From: Centroscyllium fabricii
Taxonomy: Eukaryota
Direction: 5' to 3'
Assembly (NCBI GenBank): GCA_051313645.2
Contig: JBNRSN020000006.1
Coordinates: 241,862,001 to 241,926,000 of the forward strand
Length of the DNA: 64,000 nt
The translations under genes were made by a program, and so were the position numbers. The notes under the pieces were generated by a model. That model was not told the origin of the DNA. It did not search any database and saw only the letters and a program-made list of their open reading frames with translations. Below, piece by piece: positions 11,155-23,812 of this stretch (the first letter of the stretch is position 1; the number at the start of each line of letters is the position of its first letter).

Positions 11155-12186
11155 TCAAACCTTCACAGTTTCCATGATGGATGTTTTGATGGCTTCTTCA
11201 AGGTGCTGACTGTCTGGGAAAGGTGTAGGAGGCTCTGGGAAGGAGTCCGCCGTGATTGGCTCAGCCAGACCAATCAGAGACTCCAGGAAACAGCTGCCCG
11301 GATCGGCAGCCTGGGTGAAGGTGGGAAACACAGGAAACTGAAACTGGAGCGTCGGACAATTGTCCATGCTTTCGTAGTCCTTCTGCGGGTTGTGAAACGA
11401 GCCATAGTTGAACTCGGAGAACGACTGGAAAAATTCAAAGGAGTCAGTCGACAGGCTGAGGTCAGTGTAGCTTTTTGTGGACTGCTCCGGGCAGTGAGAT
11501 GGGGGATAGACATGGCTGCTGCCCTGCGTTGGAGTTACATCGCCCAAGGGGAAACTCCCCTCCTGATTGGCATTCTCGTCCAAGCTGGGCAAGTGATTAG
11601 TGTAGTACTCAGTGTTGAACTTGAAGCTTTCTGTGCCACAGTGCTGGTCACCAGTCTCACAGAAAAAATCGGAAGGGTTAAAGTAAGGGAAGCTGTCCTG
11701 GTTGTCTGCATTGTTACCGCACTCATTGTCAGAATCGTTAAAATGGAGTATCCGGGCTAGTCCATCATCGTCAATGTCCGCAGTTTGACGAGACTGCGGT
11801 GCGTTATCCAAGAAACGGTCATCAACTCCCTCGTCCACCTCCTCGCTGTAATTCGACGAACTGGAGTCGGTCATGTCACTGCTACAGCTGTTGTCCTCGG
11901 TGTCATCGGACTCTTCGCTGAAGTGAAAGGCTGGCGTTAAGGAGGCACTTCTGTCCTGGAATGCAGATTTGTCTGTCGAGTAGCCATAGTGCTGGGAATT
12001 TTCCAAGTGCGCCGTGTCTGACTCTCCATTCTTATTTTCACCGTTCGGTTGCCGTTTCTCCAAGTCCAGCTTCATGATGGTGTGGATGAAGTGTGTCTGT
12101 ACTCTGGCAGAGTTGAACTCTATCCTACCCATTGTGTTACCACAACCATCTTTTGTACATCCACAGGGAAATGACATGCGATCCAT
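11155..12186 (-). CDS. CSRNP1: CSRNP1 last coding exon (end of Cys-rich domain, acidic C-terminal transactivation region, TGA stop)
   Basis: [36 protein letters not shown]...FLESLIGL. Acceptor TACAG (12188-12187). Spliced CDS = 223+260+297+1032 = 1812 nt = 603 aa + stop. Confidence 0.95.
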   Translation of the reverse strand: MDRMSFPCGCTKDGCGNTMGRIEFNSARVQTHFIHTIMKLDLEKRQPNGENKNGESDTAHLENSQHYGYSTDKSAFQDRSASLTPAFHFSEESDDTEDNSCSSDMTDSSSSNYSEEVDEGVDDRFLDNAPQSRQTADIDDDGLARILHFNDSDNECGNNADNQDSFPYFNPSDFFCETGDQHCGTESFKFNTEYYTNHLPSLDENANQEGSFPLGDVTPTQGSSHVYPPSHCPEQSTKSYTDLSLSTDSFEFFQSFSEFNYGSFHNPQKDYESMDNCPTLQFQFPVFPTFTQAADPGSCFLESLIGLAEPITADSFPEPPTPFPDSQHLEEAIKTSIMETVKV

Positions 12187-12355
12187 CTGTACAATACAAA
12201 AATGCACAGTGTAAGCACTTAGGTACATCTATCGATATCGGAACAGGAATAGGTCATTCAGCTCCTTGAGCTTTTTCCACCAATTCAGTGAAATCACGGC
12301 TAATTTGCATCTTAACTCCATTGATCTGCCTTGTCTCCATATCCTTTTATATCAT

Positions 12356-12510
12356 GTAAGAAGTCACAACACCAGGTTATAGTCCAACAGTTTTATTTGA
12401 AATCACAAGCAGTGCTTGTGATTTCAAATAAAACTGTTGGACTATAACCTGGTGTTGTGACTGCTTACATTTGTCCACCCCAGTCCAACACCGGCACCTC
12501 CACATCATGG
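12356..12510. mobile_element. Second palindromic Penelope-like remnant with the centre deleted
   Basis: Same arms and 3' extension as 5342-5550 but joined at CACAAGC-AGT-GCTTGTG. Flanking repeat CTTTTATATCAT / CTTTTAGATCAT (12344-12355 / 12511-12522). Confidence 0.75.
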
Positions 12511-13284
12511 CTTTTAGATCATTGTCTAGCCTAAATCACCAAAGTCTATTACTGCCATACTCTTATTACGTAGAACTAGGTTTTGCTCCTCTCTCATTTC
12601 CTCAGTTCTTCAGTGAAGACGCTGAATTAGTTTTCATAGGTGCCCTTTGGAGGTAGATCTCTCCCTTGCCATTCGCCGCCAATGTAAAATCCAGAGTTCT
12701 TTTATTGGAGATGGATTGTTCTGCGCACACCTATTGGGGCCCTGGTTGGTCATCTCAGTAATTCTCAGGACTTGTCTCAAAAAAAAAAAAGCACTTGCAC
12801 TCGCCCTAGATCTATCTGGAAAAAAAAGTCTCTGACCCTCCTCCTTCCCTCCTGTTTCGGTTATAAGTGAGGTACTATCATAGTGGCTGTATCCCAAGGT
12901 TTTTACTGGAATGTAAATAAGGAGAAAATTGAAACTGGGAAGAAAGATTGTGTGTGATGTGATTGGTCAATAAAGAAAGTTAGTAAAAATTCAACCTATT
13001 GGTTAAGGAGAAACAAAAAAAGAGATTTAATCATTGAAGAAGAATGTTGACAACTCATGGCCACAATGCAGCGGACATGGCGATATGGATTATAAAGATT
13101 TGGAATTATCTGGACTAAAAATTGGAATTTAAACTCTAATTTTTGAAGTGTGCGAGGATTTAAACTACTAACTATAAACGGCTGTTACAATTTGTGCGTT
13201 TTTGTAGCAGTGCGTTGTAGAGGTGGAAATTGCACTTTAATGTGTGCTCCAAACTCATGACCCCAAATTGCTCTCTCTAAACCA

Positions 13285-13795
13285 GTATAAAAAGGATATA
13301 GAGGCACTGGAGAGGGTGCAGAGAAGATTTACTAGGATGATACCAGAAATGCGGGGGTGTACGTATCAGGAAAGGATGAACAGGCTGGGTCTCTTTTCTC
13401 TTGGAAAAATAGGCCGAGGGGTGATCTAATAGAGGTCTTTAAAATCATGAGGTGTTGGTAAGAGTGGAGAATGTTTCCACTCGTGGGGAAGAACATAACT
13501 AGAGTCCACCAATATAAGATAGTCACCAAGGAATCCAATAGGGAATTCAGAAGAAACTTCTTTAGCCAAAGAGTGGTGAGAATGTGGAACTTGCTACCAC
13601 AGGGAATGGTTGAAGCGAATAGCATAGATGCATTTAAGGGGATGCTAGATAAGCATATCAGCAAAAAGGGAATAGAGGGTTATGCTGATAGATTTAAAAT
13701 GAGGAAAGACAGGAGGAGGCTCGAGTGAAGCATAAATGCCGGCATGGACTGGTTCGGCCGAATGGCCGGTTTCTGTGCTGTATATCCTATGTAAA
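13285..13795 (+). mobile_element. CR1/HER1-type LINE 3' fragment
   Basis: KKDIEALERVQRRFTRMIP...RRNFFSQRVVRMWN, a typical CR1 ORF2 C-terminus, plus tail. Confidence 0.85.
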
Positions 13796-14667
13796 CCATA
13801 GCTGGTGCCAGACTGGTACTTCATCCTGTTGTTATCCAGCTTAAAAGACAATCGAAATTTAGAAAATCTACAATTGGATAACAGTTCAAGTGTATTCATT
13901 ACATTCCATGCTACTGAGGTAATGGTAGTGTAGTGATGATGTTACTGGACTAGTAATCTACAGTTCAAATGGTAGTTGGTGAATTTGAATTAGTTTTAAA
14001 AATATGGGGGGAAAAAGCTGGAATTAGTAAAAGTGACCATGAAGCTGTCGGATTGTTGTAAAACCCCAACTGGTTCACTAATGTCCTTTAGGGAAGGAAA
14101 CCTGCCGTCCTTACCCAGTTCAGCCTCGCTGGGGTGTCACTTTACCATTTGAACCAGACAGCAGCATCTGCAACAGTGTCGCACTCCATCAGTACAGTGC
14201 CGATTATGTGTTCAAGTCACTGGAGTGGGGCTTGAAACCACAATCTTCTGACTCAGACGCCAGAGTGCCAACACTGAGCCAAGGCTGATACTTATATATT
14301 TTGGAATATGGATCTGCATAAAGCAAAAATCCCCCTTCTGGAGGAAGCAACAGTATACAGATTTTACACATGCTGCTTTAGCGCTGTAACAAGTTTTGTT
14401 TTTATAAAGAAAATGTCCAATTTCAAAAGCTTTTGACGGGCACTGGAAATGGATGGCTGTGAAGAGGGATTGTTAAGATAAAGATTGTAGCTGGCTTGGT
14501 TTATCATTACAGATATTGGAAGCCCAGATCCATGCAATAAAAGGTGAACACTCAAGGAACAGAAAGATCTTTTAAAAAAGTAATGTTTGACACCAAACTG
14601 GTGTCAGCTTGGTTCAATTGGCAGCATTTCCATCTATAATTCAAAAGGTTGAGTTCAAGCCCCACAC

Positions 14668-15955
14668 TAGTAAATAGCGAGGAGGGAAGCCTCAGTCTGC
14701 AGGACGATATAGATGGGTTGGTCAGATGGGCGGAACAGTGGCAAATGGAATTTAACCCTGAAAAGTGTGAGGTGATGCATTTTGGAAGGACTAACAAGGC
14801 AAGGGAATACACAATAGAAACATAGAAGATAGGAGCAGGAGTAGGCCATTCGGCCCTTTGAGCCTGCTCCGCCATTCAATGAGATCATGGCTGATCATCC
14901 AAACCCAGCACCCCACCCATACCCTCTCCCCATATCCCTCGCTCCCTATCGAACCTGCACCGACACATAGCCCACCCTATCCCCGTAACCCCACATATTT
15001 AATCCCCCCAACACTAAGGGTCAATTTATCATGGCCAATCAACCTAACCCGCACATCTTTGGACTGTGGGAGGAAACCGGAGCACCCGGAGGAAACCCAC
15101 GCAGACACGGGGGGAGAATGTGCAAACTCCACACAGATAGTACCCGAGGCTGGATTTGAACCCGGGTCTCCAGTGCTGTGAGACAACAGTGCTAACCACT
15201 GTGCCACCGATAATGAATGGTAAGACCCTAGGCAAGACAGAGGATCAGAGGGACCTTGGTGTGCATGTACATAGATCCCTGAAGGCAGCAGGACAGGAGG
15301 ATAAGGTGGTTAAAAAGGCATATGGGATACTTGCCTTCATTAGCCGAGGCATAGAATATAAGAGCAGGGAGGTTATGATGGAGCTGTACAAAACGCTGGT
15401 AAGGCCACAGCTGAAGCACTGTGTGCAGTTCTGGTCACCACACTATAGGAAGTATATAATTGCTTTGGAGAGGGTGCAGAGGAGATTCACCAGGATGTTA
15501 CCTGGGCTGGAGCGCTTCAGCTATGAAGAAAGACTGGACGGGCTGGGGTTGTTTTCCTTGGAGTAGAGAAGGCTGAGGGGTGACCTGACTGAGGTGTACA
15601 AAATTATGAGGGGCATAGATAGGGTAGGTAGAAAGGAACTGTTCCCCCTTAGTAGAGGGGTCAATAACAAGGGGGCACAGTTTCAAGGTAAGGGGCAGGA
15701 GGTTTAGAGGAGATTTGAGGAAGAACTTTTTCACCCAGAGGGTGGTTGGAATCTGGAACTCGCTGCCTGAAAGGGTGGTATTGGCAGGAAGCCTCACAAC
15801 ATTCAAGAAGCATTTAGATGAGCACTTGAAATGCCATAGCATACAAGGCTATGGACCAAATGCAGGAAAGTGGGATTAGAATAGACAGGGCTTGATGGCC
15901 GGTGCGGACGTGATGGGCCGAAGGTCCTCTTTCTGTGCTGTATAACTCTATGACT
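14668..15955 (+). mobile_element. CR1-type LINE 3' fragment interrupted by an antisense HE1 SINE
   Basis: WQMEFNPEKCEVMHFG, then QRDLGVHVHRSLK...LYKTLVRPQL..CVQFWSP...LERVQRRFTRMLPG after the SINE. Confidence 0.85.
14814..15209 (-). mobile_element. HE1-type V-SINE
   Basis: Full head, V-domain and tail; nested in CR1. Confidence 0.85.
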
Positions 15956-17401
15956 AGGATTTAAACATGATCTAGACTGACGCTTCACTGCAGGGTTGAG
16001 GGAGGGAGTGCTGCATCCTTATCCTTTGCAGGAGACTGTAAACCAAGATCTTGTCTGTTCAGTTAAAGAGTGCATGGTGCGAACTGAAGAGGAAAAGGGA
16101 ACTCTGCTTATTGGAAAATAATCTTCTCAACCAACACCCTTAAATACAGATCTACAAGTCGTTCCTCTGATAGGTACAGGAGTAGGTCACTCAGCCCCTC
16201 TAGCATGTTCCACCATTCAATTAGATCATGGTTGATCCGTACCTCAACTCCATCTGTACCTCACTGCAGTTTGTGGGACTTGGCCGTGTGCAAAATGTAC
16301 CTACGTAACCAGTCAATCTTCACTTCATTGTGTAAAGGGGTCAGAGACGTTTGAGACACTTGGTGAAGCATTATACAAATGCAAGTCGTTTGCAAAGCTT
16401 CACTTGTTATGTTGGTTTGGACATAAACAAACCAAGTCAGCCGACAGAGACATTTGTCACAAACAGTGACAATAAATTTAAAATGTTCCAAAATACTGTA
16501 GGAGCCATTAATAATGAAAGACTTTTTGTTTTTGTTTTAGAAAGTGTCTGTCAAAATAAAAAGCTGCTGTTTCAAAGCCACATACAGTGCTCACTAAACA
16601 CCCAAGCTGTCTGATCTTCTACTCTCCTGTCTCCACACAATTAAACATTTCGCATCTGGAACGCACAGGGATTAGTATACAGCTCAATAAAATATGCTAG
16701 TTGTTGACAAGACAGGCCAAGCGTGCAGACAAATCTGGAGTCAAAAAAAATGCATTGTACGCCTCAGCCCCTTAGGCTACTTAATTACTTAACCTACATT
16801 TTAATTGTTGGAAGCTGAGCTGCTCCCTAACCTGCCATTCAGGTTTTTTCTTTTTTAAATATAAATTCTGAGAGTTACTATGTAACCACTGCTTGTTTTT
16901 ACAAGCATTGATTCCCAGTAACTACCACAGAATTAAAATCCCAGCTTTAGAGCAATGGTAGGAAAGTAGGAGCAGCCTTTGCTGCTGTATGGCTAAAGCT
17001 ACGTCTTGTTTTACCAAGTCTGCCGAGTCGGCAGTCTGACTGTCTACTGGGAATGAAAGGGGGAAAACAATGCTAGTCTCTTTCTTGAAACTGAAATATT
17101 GATGGACGCAGTTAACAGGAATTACTCTGGGTGCATAATGGTTAAATTGGGGGTCGATGTTCATGCTTGAGCTGCTTTTGAAAAACATAGAAACAGAGGG
17201 ACCCGGCCGAGACAGAGGGACAAACCAAGAGACCGAGTTAACGACAGCCAAAGTCAATGGTTTGCCGTTTTATTTAAAAACGGATGGAATCGTAGATGGG
17301 GAGCTTTAAAACAGTGGTTAAAAATCGATTCATTGTAATGTAGGGAACCAAAAGGTGACTTGCTGTATAAAATGAGGCGTTTCAATCAGCTGCTCACTTA
17401 C

Positions 17402-17698
17402 TTGGCATTTAATTCCAGCCAGGCTACAGCTGCAGGTCTCTGGCTCACAGAAGCCCTTGCAGTCACAGCCACAGTCCTCGCGCGACACCCGGACTGCGTT
17501 CAGCTCCCGTTTTTCCTCTCGGTCGATCTTCTTGACTCCGGCCGCTTTCAGCAGCATGTGCCTTTTCTTAGCTGGGTACGGCTGTGGAAAGAAGCCGCTG
17601 TCGAGCTCCACCTCGCTGACATCGATATCGTCGTCCGAGATGTCATCGACAGTAAGCCGGTCGGCCTCTTCAGAGTCAGCAGTACCATTCTTAGTCAA
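17402..17698 (-). CDS. CSRNP1: CSRNP1 coding exon 3 (Cys-rich region)
   Basis: LTKNG...QPYPAKKR...[44 protein letters not shown]. Acceptor ACAG (17700-17699), donor CAA|GTAAGT. 297 nt, phase 0 to 0. Confidence 0.95.
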
Positions 17699-18812
17699 CT
17701 GTTTGGGGGAGGGGGAGAAAGAGGGGAGGGAAAAAAAGATGCTTTTTTTTTCCAAATTAAGACTAGTGAATAATAATTTTCCTTCAGCAGTATGCAATAG
17801 CTCAGAGTATTTATGTTAACAGCACAAGAGGAGACCACTTGGCCCATCGTGTGTTGCCAGACTAATCGCAAAGCAATCCCACTGCCCCATGTTTCCCCTT
17901 AGCCCTGAATCGTCCTCTGCTCCATCTAGGTACTACAATGTTGAACCTCACAGGGCAGAAAGGGCTACGTCAGTCCCTGGTTTGTGCTGATCTCAGCCGG
18001 GAGAGCAGTGGCAGAAGGATATCACACTACAAAAAAAAAAAACCTTGGATATGTTACTTGGGAAACATTTGCAGGTTTATGGGGGAAATATTCTGGATCT
18101 GGAATGCACTGCCTGAAAGGGTGGTGGAAGCAGATTGAATAGTAATTTTCAAAAAGGAATTGGATAAATAATCGTAAAAGAAAAATTTGCAGGGCTATGG
18201 GGAAAAAGAGCAAGGGAGTGGGACTAATTGGGTAGCTCTTTCAAAGAGGCGGCACAAGCATGATGGGCCAAATGACCTCTTTCTGTGCTGTGAGCTTCTA
18301 TGAATTTCTACACTTTCTGGGTGTAGCAGAACTTGCTGCCCAATACAGAGTTTAGCAGAATATGTCCCCGGGGTAGGTGAAATGCCAGTATCTGAGCAGA
18401 CAGAGCATTACATCACTTGCTATAACAAATCATTTGCTCTGGCTATGAGTGACTTCAACCTTTCTGAGCAAGGGAAGGAAGAGCAGAATTCCTGCCCCTG
18501 ATCACGATCCAGCGACTCTCATTGAAAAGTGCACGCATGTGGACATTGGGGAGGTGGGAAGAGAGAAGGAAAACATTTGCTTTGGCCCTGATGCTCCTCA
18601 TGGTCCACCAGGCTGGCAGCATTCGACAGTCTAAGCTCACCTGTGAAGAATAGGCAAAGTACTGGAGGGAAGCTAGTGCCATTAAACTGGAGCCCATCAT
18701 GACTTTACTGCCTTCAGAAGTGGATGAAAGAAAATTGGAAGTGGTTGTGGGAGGGGGTAGGAAACCAAAGAGCACCACAGATTTACTCCCCACCCATGCA
18801 TCGCATTATTTG

Positions 18813-19167
18813 TTTTTAAAATTCAATCTCAGGAAGTGGGTGTCGCTGGCATTTATTACCCATTCCTAGTTGCCCTGGTAGGCCACTTCAGAGATCAGTT
18901 GAGAGTCAGCGTGGGACTGGAGTCAGACATAGGCTGGGTAAGGATGACAAGTTTCCTTCCCTCAAGGACCAGTTGTGTTTTCACGAGAATCCAACAAGCC
19001 TTGTGATCACTTTTACTGATACCAGATATTTATTTCCAGATTTCTTTCAAGTGAAATTCAAATTCTCAAACTACCGTGGAGGAAATTGAACTCATATTGT
19101 CTCCTGATTAATGGTCCAGGTCTCTAGATTACTAATCCTGTAACATAACCACTACACTATCGTTCCC
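18813..19167 (-). mobile_element. tRNA-headed SINE (LF-SINE-like) sharing its body and 3' tail with the LINE at 370-3415
   Basis: Minus strand reads GTGTAGTGGTTATGTTAC...GAGTTCAA...GGGAAGGAAAC...GGGCAACTAGGAATGGGTAATAAATG. Related copies at ~150-370, 13920-14125, 23900-24050 and 35710-36555. Confidence 0.65.
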
Positions 19168-19179
19168 AGGTTTACATAC

Positions 19180-19439
19180 CTGCAGCCTTAAAGAGTCCAG
19201 TTTCTGTTCTTTCAAAAGTTCCTTGATTTTCTCCCAGCGAACGAGCTCTTGCTCTTTGGCAAACTCCGCCAGCGTGTACTGCCTGCATGAGCTGTGCTTG
19301 TTGGCCATCCCCAAGGTGCAGCCACCCTGGCTCGGAACGCTCGTGAACCCCTGACACCGAGCAAAATAGAACACGACGACACGGTCGAACTGGACGTTGT
19401 TCTTTCTCATGCGTTTAGTTCTCTTCAGGATGGGCACAG
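19180..19439 (-). CDS. CSRNP1: CSRNP1 coding exon 2 (basic region, start of conserved CSRNP domain)
   Basis: ILKR...VQFDRVVVFYFARCQGFTSVPSQGGCTLGM is the hallmark CSRNP motif. Acceptor TTTTTCAG (AG at 19441-19440), donor CAG|GTATGT. 260 nt, which restores phase 0. Confidence 0.95.
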
Positions 19440-19519
19440 CTGAAAAACCAGAACGAAAGAGAAAATAAAGTTAATAATTGTTCTGTTATTAAATGTCAAT
19501 CAATAGATCTCATTACTAA

Positions 19520-19778
19520 TTTCAAAACTGAGATGAGGAGAAACTTCTTCACTCAAAGGTAGTAAATCTATGGAATTTGCTACCTCAGAGAGCTGTGGAA
19601 GCTGCAACGTTAAATAAATTTAAAACGGAGATAGACAGTTTCCTAACTGATAAGGGGTTACGGGGAGAGGGCAGGGAAGTGGACGTGAATCCAAGTTCGG
19701 ATCAGCCATGATCCTATTGAATGGCGGAGCAGGCCCGAGGGGCCGTATGGCCTACTCCTGCTCCTACTTCTTATGTTT
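19520..19778 (+). mobile_element. CR1/HER1 3' end fragment
   Basis: GAGATGAGGAGAAACTTCTTCACTCA... ending in GAATGGCGGAGCAGGC...CCTACTCCTGCTCCTA tail. Confidence 0.75.
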
Positions 19779-19829
19779 TTATTACAAGGATATCGCGAGA
19801 TTTACTTTGTGTATGGAAAGAGGAAAAAC

Positions 19830-20260
19830 TAGAATTTATACAGTGCCTTTCGCGATCAAGACATCCCAAGGCGCTTTTGAAGTGTTGTTACTGCTATAAT
19901 GCAAGGAAACGCAGCTTCAATCTGCATATGTAAAGGTCCAACTAGCAATAAAACAAATGAGATAATCTGTTTTGTGTGTTGGTTGAGAGATAATTGATAG
20001 GCAGGAGTCCAGTGAATCACCCATTTTTCTTCGAATACTGCCATGGATCTTTTAAGTCAGCCCAAGGGGGCAGCCAGGGCCCAGAGTTTAATGCTTTATG
20101 CGAAAGACAGCACCTCTGATGGTGCAGCCTTCTCAGTAGTGCAGCCATCCTCAGTACTGCACTGCAGTGTCAGCCTGAATTACGTGCTCTAGTCTCTGGA
20201 GTGGGGCTTGAACCCACGACCTTCTGACAGAGGCGAGAGTGCTACTAACTGAGCCAGGTT
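19830..20260 (-). mobile_element. SacSINE1/Deu-SINE-like element
   Basis: Reverse complement of the element at 26213-26645. Confidence 0.75.
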
Positions 20261-21879
20261 GGCGGACACCTACTTCCTCCAAGGAAGGGCAAAGCTTTCC
20301 CGTATCCTTAGCTGTTAAACTTGCCAATGAGCTTGAACTTGATAGAAGAGGCTTGGATTTAATATTATGGCCGTGTGATTGTGTGTTCACTCTGTACTCT
20401 CAGGCTCAGCTTGATCATCCGTGTGGGGTGCACGCGCGCGTGTCTGTGTGTACTGTGCATTGTCTGATGCCCCGAGAGAGAGAAATGATGGTAAATTCAC
20501 CAGGGTAATAAAAAATGTACATTTCCTATTTAAACCAACAGTAAGAAAAAGCACACAAAAAAACTCAGCACAATAGAATTAACTTTGTGGTTTCAACATT
20601 TTCCTTTAAAAAAAACAAATGGGCAAGGAAAGGAAACAGCTACTCTAGTCATATGGAGCCACAGCACATGACTTAATATTGAGAAAATGCCAAACTGTAA
20701 TTAGATTTCCTGACAGTTTGCTAGTTTCAAGGAAGTCAGTTGCCGTGCTGTCCACTGAAGACTAACTTAAGCATTTCAGTGCAATTTTAAGCAGATTATT
20801 AGAGTGAAGGCCTGTTACTACAAATGCTGTTAGCACAAGTTTTTTTTCTGCAGTAGTAACACAACGTAGCAACATGCTGTTCACATACTGCTTTATAAAC
20901 CATTGATTGCATCCCTCTTGATTCTACCCAGCTCTCACTGAAGTACAGCACCACAGGGGGCTAACAGTCTGCTGCTACTACAAGTAGCACACCCATTATA
21001 GCTGCTTCTTTACCAGAGTGGTTATATTTTTACATGCAAGTCTGAACACTTCAAATCGCTGAGGGCACCACAGACCAATCCTGCCCTCACCCAACCTGGC
21101 TCAGCAACCTCACTGTTGCCCCCGCTGAATTTGGCTAACTAGGCACAGAACCTCCTGGTCCCCGCTGAGCCATGGCCATTTTGTATATTGTTTTTACCCA
21201 TTGGGCCCAAGTGCCAGTGAGTTTCTGACCTCAGTTGGGCTGGCAGGTCCCCTTGTGTGGGGAAACCATGCCCAATTCACAGACCTAATCTTGTACCAAC
21301 TCAACAGCCTATACTGGCAGACTCTCAAGTTAGTGACTACTGGCTTGTGATTCAAGAGCGCTTTATGCCTTCTCCTCAGAGAACAATGCATAGTGTGCGC
21401 AATGGGGCAAGAGAAAATAAAGCAATGAAGTCGCTTTTTGTCATTGTGGAAGAAGCTCTCTTCTTTCTCGCCAAGCTTTTAAAACAAGCTTCTACTTACA
21501 ACCTCTTGCATTGATGAGTAACAGCCCTGTAGATGCTAGAACTCACTGACAACAGCATGAACTTCGATTTATATAGCACCTTTAAAGTAGGAAAACGTCC
21601 CAAGGCGCTACCCAGAAGTGTAATCAGACAAAAATTGACACCAAGCCAAAGGAGGAAATATTAGCTTGGTCGAAGAGGTAACTTTTAAGGAGGGTCTTAA
21701 AAGGCATAAAGCCCTTCTGCTTGAAGACTCTGTGCCTCCGTATCAAGCACCAGTTCTTCCCCAAAGCAGTTCTTTCTTCTCCTCCAACCACTGTCTGACT
21801 GGGGTTCAATCATTAAACCTTTCTGGGCTGTTTGGCTCATTGGTGCCAGCTTCTCCACTGCCCAAATAGATCTGTGAGG

Positions 21880-22192
21880 GAGATCAGAACTAGGGGCCAT
21901 GAATAGAAGATGGTCACTAATAAATCGAATATGGAATTCAGGAGAAGCTTCTTCACCCAGAGGGTGGTTATGATGTGGAACTCACTACCACAAGGAGTGG
22001 TTGAGGCGATTTGCATAGATGCATTTAAGGGGAAGCTAGATAAACACATGTGGGAGAAAAGACTAGAAGGATATGTTGATGGGGTTAGATGAAGAAAGGT
22101 GGGAGGAGGCTCATGTGGAACATAAACACCAGCATGGACACCTGTTGGACCGAATGGCCGGCTTCTGTGCTGTAAATACTATGTAACTATGT
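21880..22192 (+). mobile_element. CR1-type LINE 3' fragment
   Basis: EFRRSFFTQRVVMMWNSLPQGVVEA; same subfamily as 13285-13795. Confidence 0.8.
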
Positions 22193-22445
22193 AGATTTAT
22201 GTATTTATACATTGCATTGTATGCTAGGACTCTTCCATTTTTAATTTATAATGTCACAGATCATCAAGGTTAAAAAGGGTAGGAGAAAAGTTGAACAAAA
22301 TTAAAAAGTAGTGATTATGTGACACTGAGCTCAATTGTAGGAAGAAGACAATAATTAGGGAGATAAACAATTTTGGGAGTTTTTACGGTCCTGGGTAAGA
22401 ACTAGGTAAAAGTTGAAGACAATATGTTTCCCAAAGGGTGTATTT

Positions 22446-22753
22446 CATAGAATCGCTACAGTGCAGATAGAGGCCATTTCGGCCCATCGAGCCTGCACCG
22501 ACACATATCCCACCTTATCCCCGTAACCCCACATATTTAATCCCCCTAACACCAAGGGTCAATTTATCCTGGCCAATCAACCTAACCCGCACATTTTTGG
22601 ACTGTGGGAGGAAACCGGAGCACCTGGAGGAAACCCACGTAGACACGGGGAGAATGTGCAAACTCCACAGATAGTCACCCGAGGCCGGATTTGAACCCGG
22701 ACCCCTGGCACTGTGAGGCAACAGCGCTAACCACTATGCCACCGTGCCGCCCC
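22446..22753 (-). mobile_element. HE1-type V-SINE with an alternative tail
   Basis: Head and V-domain as in other copies; the tail (GATGGGCCGAAATGGCCTCTATCTGCACTGTAGCGATTCTATG) differs from the other copies. Confidence 0.8.
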
Positions 22754-22837
22754 ATTTGTGGTGCAGGACGTCAATACCGTACCTTGCAATGTTAATTGAG
22801 ATTGTTAACTGAATAGGATGTTACGTTAGGTACTTAC

Positions 22838-23060
22838 GGGTAAATGGTGTCGAGGGGAAAGTTGCATTACTTCTGGTTGCCCACGTTTCACCACAAGAGC
22901 TGTCATCATCAGAGTCCCAGCTGGACGACAAAGAGCAAGATGAAGCGGCAGAGGAGGAGGATGACGAAGAGGAGGAGGAAGAGGATGATGACGGAGAAGA
23001 TGAGGAGTAACAGGGATCGTCCTCCACTTCTTCAAACTTTCGTTTCAGAACTCCAGTCAT
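22838..23060 (-). CDS. CSRNP1: CSRNP1 coding exon 1 (start codon; Ser-rich N-terminus). Whole exon is 22838-23085 including 25 nt of 5'UTR
   Basis: Translates MTGVLKRKFEEVEDDPCYSSSS...WDSDDDS, like the CSRNP1 N-terminus (MTGLLKRKF...SSSS...WDSEEE). Acceptor AG at 23087-23086 after a pyrimidine tract, GCCATG Kozak context, donor GTAAGT starting at 22837. 223 nt, phase 1. Confidence 0.92.
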
Positions 23061-23411
23061 GGCAAAAGGTGGTTTGATCACAGTTCTATTTACAAACAGA
23101 AAAGAAAAGAAAAATGTCAATGAAGAGTTTTTCTACCTAGCACTGTCCACCTTACAGCTTTTTACTTCAGCAAGATTTGAATTTAAATTTTAAAATACAC
23201 TCCAAGCTGGAGTTACCAGTTTTCTGGTACTCCAGTGCATTGAGAAGTATTTCAACAACATCGTAAGCTTTATGTCCAGAATTAAACAATTAATTCTACC
23301 CTGACAACCAGATCTTTGAGGCGTGCCTTTACATTTAGAGATTTGTTTTAAAAATCACAAAAAAATGTTAAAATTATATTGTGTGTTTGAAATTGTAGAA
23401 CCAGAAAGGGG

Positions 23412-23812
23412 AAACATAGAAACATAGAAACTAGGAGCAGGAGTAGGCCATTCGGCCCTTCGAGCCTGCTCCGCCATTCAATGAGATCATGGCTGATCAT
23501 CCAAACCCAGCCCCCCGCCTTCTCCCCATATCCCTCGATCCCTATTGAGCCTGCATCGACACATATCCCACCATCTCCCCGTAACCCCAAATATTCAATC
23601 CACCTAACACTAAGGGTCAATTTTATCATGGCCAATCAACCTAACCCGCACATCTTTGGACAGTGGGAGGAAACCGGAGCACCCGGAGGAAACCCACGCA
23701 GACACGGGGAGAATGTGCAAACTCCACACAGATAGTACCAGAGGCTGGATTTGAACCCGGGTCTCCAGTGCTGTGAGACAACAGTGCTAACCACTGTGCC
23801 ATCGTGCCGCCC
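23412..23812 (-). mobile_element. HE1-type V-SINE
   Basis: Full-length, GGGCGGCACG head to (TTTCTATG)n tail. Confidence 0.85.

Noticed and set aside
11203-11760. 185-aa antisense ORF
   Set aside because: Shadow of the CSRNP1 last exon with no recognisable motifs.
11155-23060. Assignment as CSRNP2 or CSRNP3
   Set aside because: The N-terminus MTGVLKRKF followed by a long Ser run and WDSD, and the [13 protein letters not shown] junction, fit CSRNP1 best; a phylogeny or synteny check would be decisive.
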